Origin: Candidatus Latescibacterota bacterium
Lineage (GTDB): Bacteria > Krumholzibacteriota > Krumholzibacteriia > LZORAL124-64-63
Length of the DNA: 64,000 nt
Direction of reading: 5' to 3'
Assembly: GCA_030658975.1 (NCBI GenBank)
Contig: JAUSBL010000002.1
Span: 353 to 64,352 of the forward strand
Part shown: positions 10,137-19,907 of the stretch, in pieces
Layout of the letters: every line of letters starts with the position of its first letter
Numbering within the stretch: position 1 is the first letter of the stretch
Program-made: the position numbers and the translations under genes
Notes under the pieces: generated by a model
What the model saw: only the letters and a program-made list of their open reading frames with translations
Databases searched by the model: none
What the model was told of the DNA's origin: nothing

Positions 10137-11207
10137 TCACCGATACAGGCTCTTGACCGCCCCCCAGCTCCGATCCTCGTTCGCCGCGGCCGTCGGTTGG
10201 AGGCCCGTCACCAACAGGTCGATCTCGTACTCGTAGGGCGTGGCGCCGGTGGGCGACATCGCACTGGCCGGCAGGATGTACAGCCGGACGACCGTGCCGG
10301 GATCCACAGCCACGTCGAAGCTGCCGGGTTCGCCGCGGCCGCCGTGCGCCGTGGCCAGGATATCCGGGTCGGAGCAGTCGTCGGACATCAGCGCCAGGAC
10401 GGAGGTCGTCCAGTCGGCGTCGAACTCGCAGTGCAGCGATCCTTCCGGTCCCACCGTCACTTCCAGCCAGTCGGTGTCGAAGTCGAGCCCGTCGGTCCCG
10501 ATGCGCCAGCCGGACTTCACGCACATGTGGACGGCTCCGTCGAGACCGCCGGCCAGCTCCTGGAAGAGCAACGACGAGGTGTTGCAGCCGCTGTTGTAGA
10601 GGTCCTGCGTGCCGTTCGCCAGGGGGGGCTCCCCCTCGGCCCGGATGCCGGGCGGGCAGTCCATGTCGTAGAACGAAGCCGCGTCGACGTCGAGCACGTA
10701 GTCGCCGGCGTCGTCGTCGTAGCCGTCGATCACGATGTAGTAGGTCGTCAGGCCCGAGAGTTCGAGAAATTCGATCTTCGACGCGAACGGCAGGCAGGCC
10801 GGATCGCCCGGCATGTAGAAATCGTCGCTGCACGCGACGACCTCGCCGGTGTCGTCGTAGACGAAGACCTTGGTGTCGTAGTCCGAGTGGCAGAGGTCGA
10901 TCGAGATCGGGCCGCTCGAAGTCGGCGTGTAGGTGTAGACCACGTCGGGCGACTGGCTGCCTTCGAAGGGGCAGGCCTCGTCGTAGTCGTCGACGGCGCC
11001 GAGCGTCGTGCCGCTGTCCGAGTACGGCAGCGAGAGGATCTCCACGGCGGTCGCCATCGTGTCGCCGCCGACCCGCGACGAGGCGGGCGCGGGGGCGGTC
11101 GGTCCGCCGCCGTGGCGGGGCTTGGCGGAGAACGGGTCGGCGGCGGCCGGGGCGGCCATGGCCGCGCCGATCAGCAGCAGGGCGGGCAGCAGCAGCTTCG
11201 CATGCAT
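10137..11207 (-). CDS. Secreted acidic protein (PPC-like domains), paralog 1, with WG tail
   Basis: ATG at 11207 after AGGAGA; signal peptide; GGDT..TAV.I..LPY.D.G.T...DYDEACP..SPDVVY; ends DRSWGAVKSLYR. Confidence 0.8.
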   Translation of the reverse strand: MHAKLLLPALLLIGAAMAAPAAADPFSAKPRHGGGPTAPAPASSRVGGDTMATAVEILSLPYSDSGTTLGAVDDYDEACPFEGSQSPDVVYTYTPTSSGPISIDLCHSDYDTKVFVYDDTGEVVACSDDFYMPGDPACLPFASKIEFLELSGLTTYYIVIDGYDDDAGDYVLDVDAASFYDMDCPPGIRAEGEPPLANGTQDLYNSGCNTSSLLFQELAGGLDGAVHMCVKSGWRIGTDGLDFDTDWLEVTVGPEGSLHCEFDADWTTSVLALMSDDCSDPDILATAHGGRGEPGSFDVAVDPGTVVRLYILPASAMSPTGATPYEYEIDLLVTGLQPTAAANEDRSWGAVKSLYR

Positions 11208-11304
11208 CGTTCTCTCCTGTTCGAGATGGTCCCTGGCGAACGAACAGCCCGATCCCGGCCGTCGGTGTAACGGGGTCCAGCGATACCGAGTGGCCCGGCC
11301 GGAC

Positions 11305-12357
11305 CTACCGGTACGCGGCCTTGATCTCACCCCAGCTCGACGCCTCGTTCGCCGTGGTCGTCGCCTGGCCCGTCACGGTCAGGTGGAGGTCGTACTCCAG
11401 GGGCAGGATGAAGCCGGGATCGACTTCGGGCGACGGGGACAGCACGATCCACACCGGCGTGCCCGGGGCGAGCGGGATGTCCAGCACGGCGACCTCGCCT
11501 GGTACCGCCGCGACGAAGCCGTAGTACTCGGCGAACTCGCAGCTGGTCGCCAGCACGACGAGCTCCGATGGCCACTCCGTCACCAGTTCGCAGTGGAGCT
11601 GCCCGTCTGGACCGACGGCGGTCGCGATCCAATCGAATTCGCGCGCGCTGCCGCCGGGGATGCCGTTCCAGCCGGAGCGGAAGCAGGCGAAGGTCGTGCC
11701 GGCGGGGTCGATGCCGAGCTTCTGGAAGCGGGCCGGCGGGTTCGCGCAGAAGCAGCCGCAGTTGTACGCGTCGTCGATCCCGTACACCATCGGCGGCTCG
11801 CCTTCGACCTGGGCGCCGTCGGGGCAGTCCAGCTCGGGGCTGTCGGTGACGGACACCGACAGGGCGTAGTCGCCGCTGTTGCCGCCGTAGCCGTCGATGA
11901 TGATGTAGTAGGGGATGCCAGCCTCGAGCAGCAGGACGTCGATCCGCGAGTCCAGCCCGCTGCACGGCGTTTCCGCGTAGGGGTTGTCGTCGTTGCAGGC
12001 CACCAGGTTCCGCAGGTAGTCGTAGACGAAAACGCGGGTGTCGTAGCCCGAGCCGCAGAGGTCGATTGCGACGTACGTGTCGAACGACTGCTTGATGGCG
12101 TAGACCACGTCCGGCGAATCGCTGCCGTCCCAGGGGCAGATCTCGTCGTAGTCGTTGTTCGCACCGGCGGTGGAGCCCGTGTCGGCGTAGGGCAGCGTGA
12201 AGATGCCCACGGCGGTCTCGATGGTGTCGCCGCCGATGCGCGGGACGGCGGTCGGCGTCCCCGGCGCCGCGAGCCGCGTCTTGGCGGGTGCTGCGGGGCC
12301 GGCCGCGGCCGCGGCCGCGAGGAACAGGACCGTGCAGGCGAGGGCTGTCGTTTTCAT
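11305..12357 (-). CDS. Secreted acidic protein (PPC-like domains), paralog 2, with WG tail
   Basis: AAGGAG RBS; signal peptide; collinear similarity to 10137..11207; ends ASSWGEIKAAYR. Confidence 0.8.
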   Translation of the reverse strand: MKTTALACTVLFLAAAAAAGPAAPAKTRLAAPGTPTAVPRIGGDTIETAVGIFTLPYADTGSTAGANNDYDEICPWDGSDSPDVVYAIKQSFDTYVAIDLCGSGYDTRVFVYDYLRNLVACNDDNPYAETPCSGLDSRIDVLLLEAGIPYYIIIDGYGGNSGDYALSVSVTDSPELDCPDGAQVEGEPPMVYGIDDAYNCGCFCANPPARFQKLGIDPAGTTFACFRSGWNGIPGGSAREFDWIATAVGPDGQLHCELVTEWPSELVVLATSCEFAEYYGFVAAVPGEVAVLDIPLAPGTPVWIVLSPSPEVDPGFILPLEYDLHLTVTGQATTTANEASSWGEIKAAYR

Positions 12358-12557
12358 CGCCGTGGCTCCTTCGTGGGCGACCGCGAGGATCGTACCACGG
12401 CGGCGGCGGGTGTCCAGAGCCCCATCGGAACGATCCGATTTTGTATTCTGGTTCTCAATGTGTTATCATTAATCAACTTTGGGGCGGATTCGCCCGCCGC
12501 CCCAATAGTCAGACCCGGCATCCGCCTGCCCGGATCCTCACCCGAAGGACGTACCCG

Positions 12558-14567
12558 ATGACCCGCTTTCGCCCACTGCTCGCGCTCGCCGCCCTGTTGC
12601 TGTTCGCCGCACCCTGCCTGGCCCAGAGCCTGGATGTCGGCGGCTGGAAGCTCGAACAGGCGAACTCCGCCCAGACCTACACGATCCCGGCCGGCACCGT
12701 GGTGCCGGCGGGCGGTTACCTCATCGTGGCGCGCGACGCGACCGCGGCCGCGTTCGCGACCTACTACGGGGTCACCCTCGGCAGCAACGTGGTGTTCCTG
12801 AACTCGGCGGCCACGTTCCCCTTCATCAACGGGGACGAGACGTACACCCTGAGGAACGCGGCGAACGGCGTCGAGGACGGGCCTACCCCCGCGCTCACCA
12901 ACGAGGTGCGCGCCTACCACCGGCTGGATCCCGAGGCATCGCCCTGGACCGTCATCAACACCGCCCCGACCCCGGGCTCCGGTGTGGAGGCTCCCGACGC
13001 CGTGATGTCGGGCCTGGTGATCAGCGAAGCGAACAACCCCGCCAGCTACGCCTACGAGTACATCGAGCTGTACTACGACGGCTCGACCGGCACCTCGAAC
13101 CAGCACCCCGTCATCTCGTCGATCCAGCACGCACCCGTCGCCCCGTCCGACGGCGACGACGTCACGATCACCGCGACGGTCACCGACGCCGACGGCGCCG
13201 TCGACGTGGTCTGGTGCTGGTCGCGCACGGGCGCCGGCTCGTTCCTGCCCACGGTCATGACCGCCCAGGGCGGCGGCCAGTACGCCGCGACCTTCGCGAA
13301 CCAGGTCGGCAACACGGTCCTGCAGTACTACGTCTGGGCGCGGGACGACGAGGGCGCCGAGTCCCTGAACCCGGCCAACGCCCCGGCGGGCTACTTCTCC
13401 GTCGCGATCGAGGGCGTCGTGGTCGGCGGCAAGGTCGTCCTCTTCGACCACATGCACGCCCAGGACGCCGGCTCCAACGGCAACTGGCGCGTGGACGACA
13501 ACCATCCCAACCCGCTGCCGGCCACCCCGACGAGCGAAACCTCCTGGAGCGGCCAGCTGTCGAGCTGGGGCTACGAGCTCTGGCTCGCCGGCAACACCAT
13601 CCGCAGCAACACCTCGGCGATCACGGCGGCCCAGCTGGCCGACGTCGACCTGCTGGTGATCCCGGAGCCGCAGGCCCCGTTCACGGCGGCCGAGATCGAG
13701 GCCGTGCGCCAGTTCGTCTTCGCCGGCGGCTCGCTCTTCGTGGTGGCCGACCACAACGGCAGCGACCGCGACGGCGACGGCTGGGACAGCCCCAGCATCT
13801 TCGGCGGCTACTCCGTGCCGCACATCACGGTGCCCCCGACCAACGACACCGAGACCTTCTGCGGCGCCCTCTTCGGTCTGCACTTCCACGTGAAGGACGA
13901 GGGCAACAACGCGATCACCGGCACCTTCGCCAACGTGAACGACGACCCGGCCAACCCGGTGATCCACGGCCCCTACGGCGAGGTGGCGGCCGTCATCTAC
14001 CACGTCGGCAACGTGATGAGCCTGTGGCCGACCGCCAACCCCCACCTCTCGGACGTGGGCGCCCTGATCAGCAAGAACGAGGGCTCGCCCCACGTCGCCG
14101 CCTGGTCGCGCTACGGTCAGGGCAAGATCGTGGGCTACGGCGACTCCTCGAGCACCGCCGACGGCACCGACAGCGAATCCCACGAGAACAACTGGACCGA
14201 GGCCGGCTCGGACAACCGCGAGTTCTTCCTGAACGCCAGCGCCTGGCTGCTGGCCTCCGACGCCACCGCGGTCGGCGAGCTGCCGCTCAACCCGGGCCTC
14301 GACCTGCGGGTGCGGCCCAACCCGTTCAACCCGCAGACGAGCATCGCCTTCACGCTGCCGGCCGAGGGGCCCGCCCGCGTGGCCGTCTACGACCTGCAGG
14401 GACGCCTGGTGCGCACGCTGCACGAGGGCGACCTGGCCGCCGGTCCCCACGCCCTGGCCTGGGACGGCCGCAACGACGGGGGGCGCGCCGCCGCCAGCGG
14501 CGTCTACCTCGTGCGGGCGGCGGGGGGCGGGTTCGTGAACATCACCAAGGCGGTCCTGGCGCGGTAG
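12558..14567 (+). CDS. Secreted lamin-tail-domain protein with Ig-like and GldG/DUF4350-like regions and FlgD/T9SS-like CTD
   Basis: DVGGWKL..YTIPAGTVVPAGGYLIV (LTD), VLFDHMH..DLLVIPEP..FV..GGSL..ADH, C-terminal PNPFNP..WDGRN..ASGVY. Confidence 0.75.
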   Translation: MTRFRPLLALAALLLFAAPCLAQSLDVGGWKLEQANSAQTYTIPAGTVVPAGGYLIVARDATAAAFATYYGVTLGSNVVFLNSAATFPFINGDETYTLRNAANGVEDGPTPALTNEVRAYHRLDPEASPWTVINTAPTPGSGVEAPDAVMSGLVISEANNPASYAYEYIELYYDGSTGTSNQHPVISSIQHAPVAPSDGDDVTITATVTDADGAVDVVWCWSRTGAGSFLPTVMTAQGGGQYAATFANQVGNTVLQYYVWARDDEGAESLNPANAPAGYFSVAIEGVVVGGKVVLFDHMHAQDAGSNGNWRVDDNHPNPLPATPTSETSWSGQLSSWGYELWLAGNTIRSNTSAITAAQLADVDLLVIPEPQAPFTAAEIEAVRQFVFAGGSLFVVADHNGSDRDGDGWDSPSIFGGYSVPHITVPPTNDTETFCGALFGLHFHVKDEGNNAITGTFANVNDDPANPVIHGPYGEVAAVIYHVGNVMSLWPTANPHLSDVGALISKNEGSPHVAAWSRYGQGKIVGYGDSSSTADGTDSESHENNWTEAGSDNREFFLNASAWLLASDATAVGELPLNPGLDLRVRPNPFNPQTSIAFTLPAEGPARVAVYDLQGRLVRTLHEGDLAAGPHALAWDGRNDGGRAAASGVYLVRAAGGGFVNITKAVLAR

Positions 14568-14585
14568 GCGCCGATCGGAGCGGCC

Positions 14586-14729
14586 ATGAGCGACGACGGG
14601 CACGGCGAGTCGCGCCCCCTGCGGTTCCGCCGCAAGCACGCGCGGCGCCGCAACAGCTGGCTGCTGTGGGCCGCCATCATCGCGCTGCTGCTGCTGCTGG
14701 CGGCGCGGTACGCGCTGACGGCACGCTGA
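14586..14729 (+). CDS. 47-aa small membrane protein (not in the ORF track)
   Basis: GGAG RBS then MSDDGHGESRPLRFRRKHARRRNSWLLWAAIIALLLLLAARYALTAR*; basic patch plus one TM helix; GC3-rich. Confidence 0.55.
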   Translation: MSDDGHGESRPLRFRRKHARRRNSWLLWAAIIALLLLLAARYALTAR

Positions 14730-14845
14730 CGCGGCCGCGCGTTTTCGCCTTTTCACTCCTACCGGTGAAGAAACGCCCCCCCCGAACGTCATCCTGTCGT
14801 GACGACGGTGCCCGGCACGGGTAACCTCGGGAACGGGAGGGTGGC

Positions 14846-15361
14846 GTGGCGCAGGTACGGGACGACGGGTTCGCGCGGCTGGTCGAGCGGGATCTCGACC
14901 GGGTGCACCGTTTCCTGCACGGCCTGTTGCGGGACGAGGACCTCGCCCGCGACCTGACGCACGACACCTTCCTGCGGCTGCGGCGGTCTGCTCCCGCGGG
15001 GGACGACGGCCTGCCGACGGCGGCCTACGTCTTCGCCTGCGCGCGCCACGCGGCGGTCGACCACTGGCGGCGGCTGCGCACGCGGCGAGACGCGGCGCCG
15101 CACCTGGCCGCCGATCCCGCCCCGCCGACCCCGACCGACGCCCCCCTGCACACCACCGAGCTGCGCGAAGCCCTGGACCGGGCCCTCGGCCTGCTGGACG
15201 AGGAGCACCGTGCGGTTTTCCTGCTGTCGGAAGTGGAAGGGCTGCGTTACGCGGAGATCGCCGAAGCCCTGGGCATCCCGCCGGGCACCGTCGCCTCGCG
15301 CAAGCACCACGCGGTGCAGGACCTGCGCCGCGAACTCGAGAGGATGGGTCATGCGTTGTGA
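14846..15361 (+). CDS. ECF sigma factor
   Basis: Region 2 (ARDLTHDTFL) and region 4 (EGLRYAEIAEALGIPPGTVASR). Confidence 0.88.
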   Translation: MAQVRDDGFARLVERDLDRVHRFLHGLLRDEDLARDLTHDTFLRLRRSAPAGDDGLPTAAYVFACARHAAVDHWRRLRTRRDAAPHLAADPAPPTPTDAPLHTTELREALDRALGLLDEEHRAVFLLSEVEGLRYAEIAEALGIPPGTVASRKHHAVQDLRRELERMGHAL

Positions 15362-15782
15362 GGACGCGCGGGAACTGCTGACCGCTCGCGTCGACGGCGA
15401 GCTCGATGGCGTGCAGGCCGACGCCCTGGCCACGCACCTGGACGGGTGCGCCGCCTGTCGGGCGGAGTCGGCGCGGCGGACGCGGGAGCGGTCAGCGTGG
15501 CGGGAAGCCCTGGCGGGCGACCACACGCCGGACGACCTGCGGCGGCGGGTCCTGGCCGCGCCCGTGCCGGTGGCGTTGCCGCTCCTGCTGCGGCCGCTCG
15601 CCTGGGCGGCGGCCGCCGTGCTGGCGGTGCTGCTGATCGCGCCACCGCTCCTGCAGCGTCTCGGCGACGGCGATGCGACGCTGCGTCCCGCCGCCGTCAC
15701 GCTGGTGCTCGACGGCGGCGACGTGGGACCGGCGACCGCGCTCGCGACGGAGACCCTGAATCTCGGCGACAGCCCGTTCTAG
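15351..15782 (+). CDS. zf-HC2 (ZAS) anti-sigma factor
   Basis: MRCEDARELL..DGEL..HLDGCAAC plus a TM helix; overlaps the sigma gene. Confidence 0.85.
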   Translation: MRCEDARELLTARVDGELDGVQADALATHLDGCAACRAESARRTRERSAWREALAGDHTPDDLRRRVLAAPVPVALPLLLRPLAWAAAAVLAVLLIAPPLLQRLGDGDATLRPAAVTLVLDGGDVGPATALATETLNLGDSPF

Positions 15783-15793
15783 GAGGCGAGACG

Positions 15794-16564
15794 ATGACCA
15801 CGATGCTCGAGACACGACGAGTCGCCGCGATGGCGGCCCTGCTCCTGATCCTGGCGACCTCGTGCTGCGGCGCCGCCGAGGTGCGGCTGGCCGACGGCCG
15901 CACGCTCACCGGCACGCTGAGGCCGATCGACGACGCCACGTACCTGCTGCAGACCGACGACGCGCTCTTCGAGCTGGAGGGCAGCCAGATCCGCGAAGTC
16001 GACGGCCACCGCGAGCTGCCGCGGCCCGGGGAGACGCGCCTGGTGCGCTCCTCCTGCTACGAGGTCCTGCGCGCCGACGGCATCGCCGAGACCTGGAACA
16101 CCATCCACGTCGAGAACGGCGGCCGCGCGCTTCAGACCCGCGTCGAGTGGGGCGTCGCCCCCCACGAGATGGAGACGTTCCGCACGCTGAAGGTCGTGGA
16201 CCCCTGGGGCAACGCGCTGGCCCACCGTTTCGAGCCCCGGCCGGGCAGCGACGTCCAGAGCGTGATCGTCGAGCTCGCGGTGCCCGTCCTGCCAGGCGAG
16301 AGCGTCGAGCTGGCGACCAGCACGATCCGCCCGCGCAGCTCCGTCAGCGACGGCGACCTGTGGACCTGCACCTACCCCGGCGACTTCTCCGAAGACCGCC
16401 TCTACAGCCGCCTGCTGCGCCTGCCGCCGGGGGCCGAGGTCGTCTCGGTCGAACCCGAGGTCCGTGTCCACGAGCACGACGGCGCCTCGTTCGTGAACTG
16501 GCGGCGCTACTACCCGAAGGGGTCGACGTACCCGCTGACGGTGAAGTACCGGCTGCCGGGCTGA
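15794..16564 (+). CDS. Secreted hypothetical protein in the ECF operon
   Basis: AGGAGG RBS, signal-peptide-like N-terminus, EVRLADGRTLTG motif. Confidence 0.7.
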   Translation: MTTMLETRRVAAMAALLLILATSCCGAAEVRLADGRTLTGTLRPIDDATYLLQTDDALFELEGSQIREVDGHRELPRPGETRLVRSSCYEVLRADGIAETWNTIHVENGGRALQTRVEWGVAPHEMETFRTLKVVDPWGNALAHRFEPRPGSDVQSVIVELAVPVLPGESVELATSTIRPRSSVSDGDLWTCTYPGDFSEDRLYSRLLRLPPGAEVVSVEPEVRVHEHDGASFVNWRRYYPKGSTYPLTVKYRLPG

Positions 16565-16746
16565 CCGGGCCGATGCCGGGAGGGTCGGATCGCGATGCCG
16601 GCGCCGGTCGCCGGCATCGCGTTTTTCTTCCCATGACGAGGCGATCATGTATCATCGGCGCCATGCACGAACCCGCCCCCGCCATCGGGGAGGATCCACC
16701 GACCATCACCCGATCCCATGGTCTTCCACGGAGGGAAGGTACCGCC

Positions 16747-19700
16747 ATGCCGCGCCTCACGATGTTCGCCGTCGCGCTCGCCGTCCTGCTCCCGGCGGCA
16801 GGCGACGTCCTGGCCATCGACTGGGATTGTCCCGACGACACCCGGCACCTGAGGTGGACGGCGTCGCTGCCGCTGGGGTACGGCGCCCGCGACCTCGCGA
16901 TCGTCGGTGCGACGGCCTGGGTCGCGGGCGGCGACGGCAGCCTCTACGCGGTCGACGTCGCCGACCCGCTGGCGCCGGCGGTCGTCGGCAGCCTCTTCAC
17001 CGGCGGCGCCGCGATCGCGGTCGTCGCGCGCGACGGCTTCGCCTACGTCGCCGGCGGCGACGAGGGCCTGCAGATCGTCGACGTGGGCGACCCCCTCGCG
17101 CCGGCGCTCGCCGGTTCGCTCGACCTGCCCGGCTACTGCGAGAACCTGGTCCTGGACGGCGGCTGCGCGCTGGTGGCCGCGGGCGACCAGGGCCTGCTGA
17201 TCGTCGATGTCTCCGATCCGGCGGCTCCCGCGCTGCTGGGCTCCGTCGCCACGTCCGGCTGGGCGCTGAACGTAGCCGCGGCGGGGACCTGGGCCTACAT
17301 CGCCGATGCGTCAGGAAGACTGCAGGCGGTGGACCTCGCCGACCCGTCCGCGCCCGTGCTCGCCGGCTGGGCGGAGACCCCCGAGTCGCCGCAGGACGTC
17401 GCGATCGCCGGCGGCCGCGCCTTCGTGGCCTGCGGCGCCGCGGGCGTGGCGGTCTACGATCTCGCCGATCCCGCCGCGCCGGTGCTGATCGAGGTGACCG
17501 GCGTGCCGGGCCAGGCCCGCGCGTTGCTCATGGAAATCGACCTGTGCTGGGTCGCCGCGGGAACCGGGGGCGCCTGCGCCGTCTCGACGGCCGATCCTGC
17601 TGCGCTGCAGGTCCTGCTCGGCCTGGACACGCCGGGGGACACGCGGGCCGTGGCGCTGGGGGACGCCCACGTCTTGCTGATCGACGAGACCGGCGGGCTG
17701 CAGGTGCTGGCGCGGTGGCGGACGGCGGATCCGCAGATCGTCGGGCAGCTCCTGTTCCCTTCGTTGGGCATCTTCGGGGTCACGGCGTTCGGCGAGAACT
17801 ACGCGCTCGCCGGCGGCGGTTATGCGGGGCTTCTCGTCATCGACACCACCGTCGCCTCATCGCCTACCGTGGTGGCGACGGCCGACACGCCGGGCATGGC
17901 GGAGTACGTCTTCGTGGCAGGCGATCTGGCCTACATCGCCGACAGAGGCGCGGGCCTAGCCATCGTTGACCTCTCCGATCCGCTGTCGCCGACGCTGTTA
18001 TCATCGATCGACACACCCTACTCAGCCACGCGAGTCGTGGTCGAAGGCGATCTGGCTTATGTCTCGGACATGAACGGCCTGCAGATCATCGACGTGAGCG
18101 ATCCAGTCAACCCATTCAACGTCGGTTCCCTCACCGGTCGTTGTGATGCCCTGGAGACTGTTATCCATGGCAATTATGCCTACGTCGAAAGTTCGCCCGA
18201 GAGCCTGCAGGTGATCGACGTGAGCGACCCCGCCCTCCCGCGCATCGTCGAGTCGATCCGGATCCGGTACTTGTCCGCAATCGCGAACGACGGGCCGTGG
18301 CTGTATCTCGGTACGGGCAACAGCCAAGGTCCGAACTTCTTCATCATGGACACCACAGACCCCACGCATCCAGTCCAGGTGTCGAGTCTCGATGCGGGTC
18401 GGTGCGTGACCGACATCGACCTGACCGGCGGCATCGCCTGGCTGGCCGGAGGCATGGACCTGGTGGCCGTGAACGTCAGCGACCCGGCGGCGCCGATGAT
18501 CATGGACCGGGCGCCGACTTCCAATTACCTCCTTTACCTCGACGTGGCAGGCGACCGCGCCTACGCGACCCACAGCTACGGGACCGGGGAATTCCGCCTC
18601 GTCGTCGCCGACCTCAACCTCGGCACCACCCTGCCGACGACCCTCGCCACCCTCGACATCCCCGGCGACGCCCGCGCCGTCGAGCTCGCCGGCGACTACG
18701 CCTTCGTCGCCGACGGCTACGACGGGCTGCAGGTGCTGGACGTCGGCGACCCGTCGGCGCCCGTCCTGGTCGCCTCGGCCGACACGCCGGACTTCGCCCA
18801 CGGTCTGGACGTCGCCGACGGCCACGCCTACTTGGCCGACTTCGGTTCCGGCCTGCAGGTCTTCGACGTCGGCGACCCGTCGGCGCCGGCCCTCGTCGGC
18901 GCGGTCGACCTGCCCGGCGAGACCCTGGGCGTGGCGGTCGCCGGCGGCTACGCCTACGCGGGGTGCGGACCCGCCGGCCTGTTCGTCGTCGACGTGAGCG
19001 ATCCCGCGCTGCCACAGGTCGTCGGCGCCGTGGACACGCCCGACTGGGCGACGGGCGTGGGCTGCTTCGGCGATTACGTCTACGTGGCCGACGGGCACAG
19101 CGGCCTGTTCGTCATCGACGTCGCCGATCCCGCGTCGCCCGCGATCGTCGGCAGCCTGGACCTGCCCGAGGCCGCCGTCGACCTGGAGGTGCGGTGGCCG
19201 CTGGTCTACGTCGCCGGCCACTGGGCCGGCCTGTTGATCGTGGACGTGAGCGACCCGGCCGCGCCGCACGTCGTGGGCTCGTACGACACCCCGGACATCG
19301 CGCGCGACGTCGTGGTGGCCGGCGGCTACGCCTACGTGGCCGAGGAGACCGGCAGCGTGCAGGTGATCGACATCACCCAGCCGACGGCGCCGACGTTCGT
19401 GGCCGGGCTGACGGCGCCGCCGATCTCCTACGGCATCGCCACCGCCGGCGACCTGGTGATGGTCGCCTGCGGCGAGGCCGGCGTGGTCACGGCCCGGCGT
19501 CAGTGCCTGGCGGACGTCACCGCGACTCCCGAAGCGAGTCCGCCTCGGCCGGTGCGCTTCGCCAGCCCGTACCCGAACCCGTTCAACCCGCGCACGACCC
19601 TGTCGTTCGCGCTCGAGGCCCCCGGGATGGTCGAACTGACGGTCCACGACCTCGCCGGCCGCGAAGTGGCGCGCCTGGTCGACGGGCTGCGCCCCGCCGG

Positions 19701-19824
19701 GATCGGTTCGGCCGTCTGGTCGGGTCGCGACGCGCAGGGCCGCTCGGTTCCCTCGGGCGTCTACGTGGCGAGGCTCGAGGCGGCGGGCGTCGTCGCGACG
19801 CACAAGCTCGTCCTGCTGAAGTAG
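16747..19824 (+). CDS. Secreted LVIVD-repeat (multi beta-propeller) protein with FlgD/T9SS-like CTD
   Basis: About 20 repeats of AYVA...GL(Q/L)(I/V)(V/I)DVSDP..P; signal peptide; PNPFNP..WSGRD..SGVY. Confidence 0.9.
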   Translation: MPRLTMFAVALAVLLPAAGDVLAIDWDCPDDTRHLRWTASLPLGYGARDLAIVGATAWVAGGDGSLYAVDVADPLAPAVVGSLFTGGAAIAVVARDGFAYVAGGDEGLQIVDVGDPLAPALAGSLDLPGYCENLVLDGGCALVAAGDQGLLIVDVSDPAAPALLGSVATSGWALNVAAAGTWAYIADASGRLQAVDLADPSAPVLAGWAETPESPQDVAIAGGRAFVACGAAGVAVYDLADPAAPVLIEVTGVPGQARALLMEIDLCWVAAGTGGACAVSTADPAALQVLLGLDTPGDTRAVALGDAHVLLIDETGGLQVLARWRTADPQIVGQLLFPSLGIFGVTAFGENYALAGGGYAGLLVIDTTVASSPTVVATADTPGMAEYVFVAGDLAYIADRGAGLAIVDLSDPLSPTLLSSIDTPYSATRVVVEGDLAYVSDMNGLQIIDVSDPVNPFNVGSLTGRCDALETVIHGNYAYVESSPESLQVIDVSDPALPRIVESIRIRYLSAIANDGPWLYLGTGNSQGPNFFIMDTTDPTHPVQVSSLDAGRCVTDIDLTGGIAWLAGGMDLVAVNVSDPAAPMIMDRAPTSNYLLYLDVAGDRAYATHSYGTGEFRLVVADLNLGTTLPTTLATLDIPGDARAVELAGDYAFVADGYDGLQVLDVGDPSAPVLVASADTPDFAHGLDVADGHAYLADFGSGLQVFDVGDPSAPALVGAVDLPGETLGVAVAGGYAYAGCGPAGLFVVDVSDPALPQVVGAVDTPDWATGVGCFGDYVYVADGHSGLFVIDVADPASPAIVGSLDLPEAAVDLEVRWPLVYVAGHWAGLLIVDVSDPAAPHVVGSYDTPDIARDVVVAGGYAYVAEETGSVQVIDITQPTAPTFVAGLTAPPISYGIATAGDLVMVACGEAGVVTARRQCLADVTATPEASPPRPVRFASPYPNPFNPRTTLSFALEAPGMVELTVHDLAGREVARLVDGLRPAGIGSAVWSGRDAQGRSVPSGVYVARLEAAGVVATHKLVLLK

Positions 19825-19907
19825 CCGCTCCCGCGCGTGACAAGCGGCCCGCGGCGGACGATATTGGGGGGACGGACGACCAGCCATCCCCCCAGAGGAC
19901 GAAACCC

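Noticed and set aside
14740-14830. Possible autoregulatory ECF promoters before 14846 (and before 27032)
   Set aside because: AAC/CGTC elements are present but the spacing is non-canonical and no second copy supports them
16850-19500. Periodic nucleotide repeats such as GACGTGAGCGA(C/T)CC
   Set aside because: Explained by LVIVD protein repeats; degenerate and in frame, so not a CRISPR array
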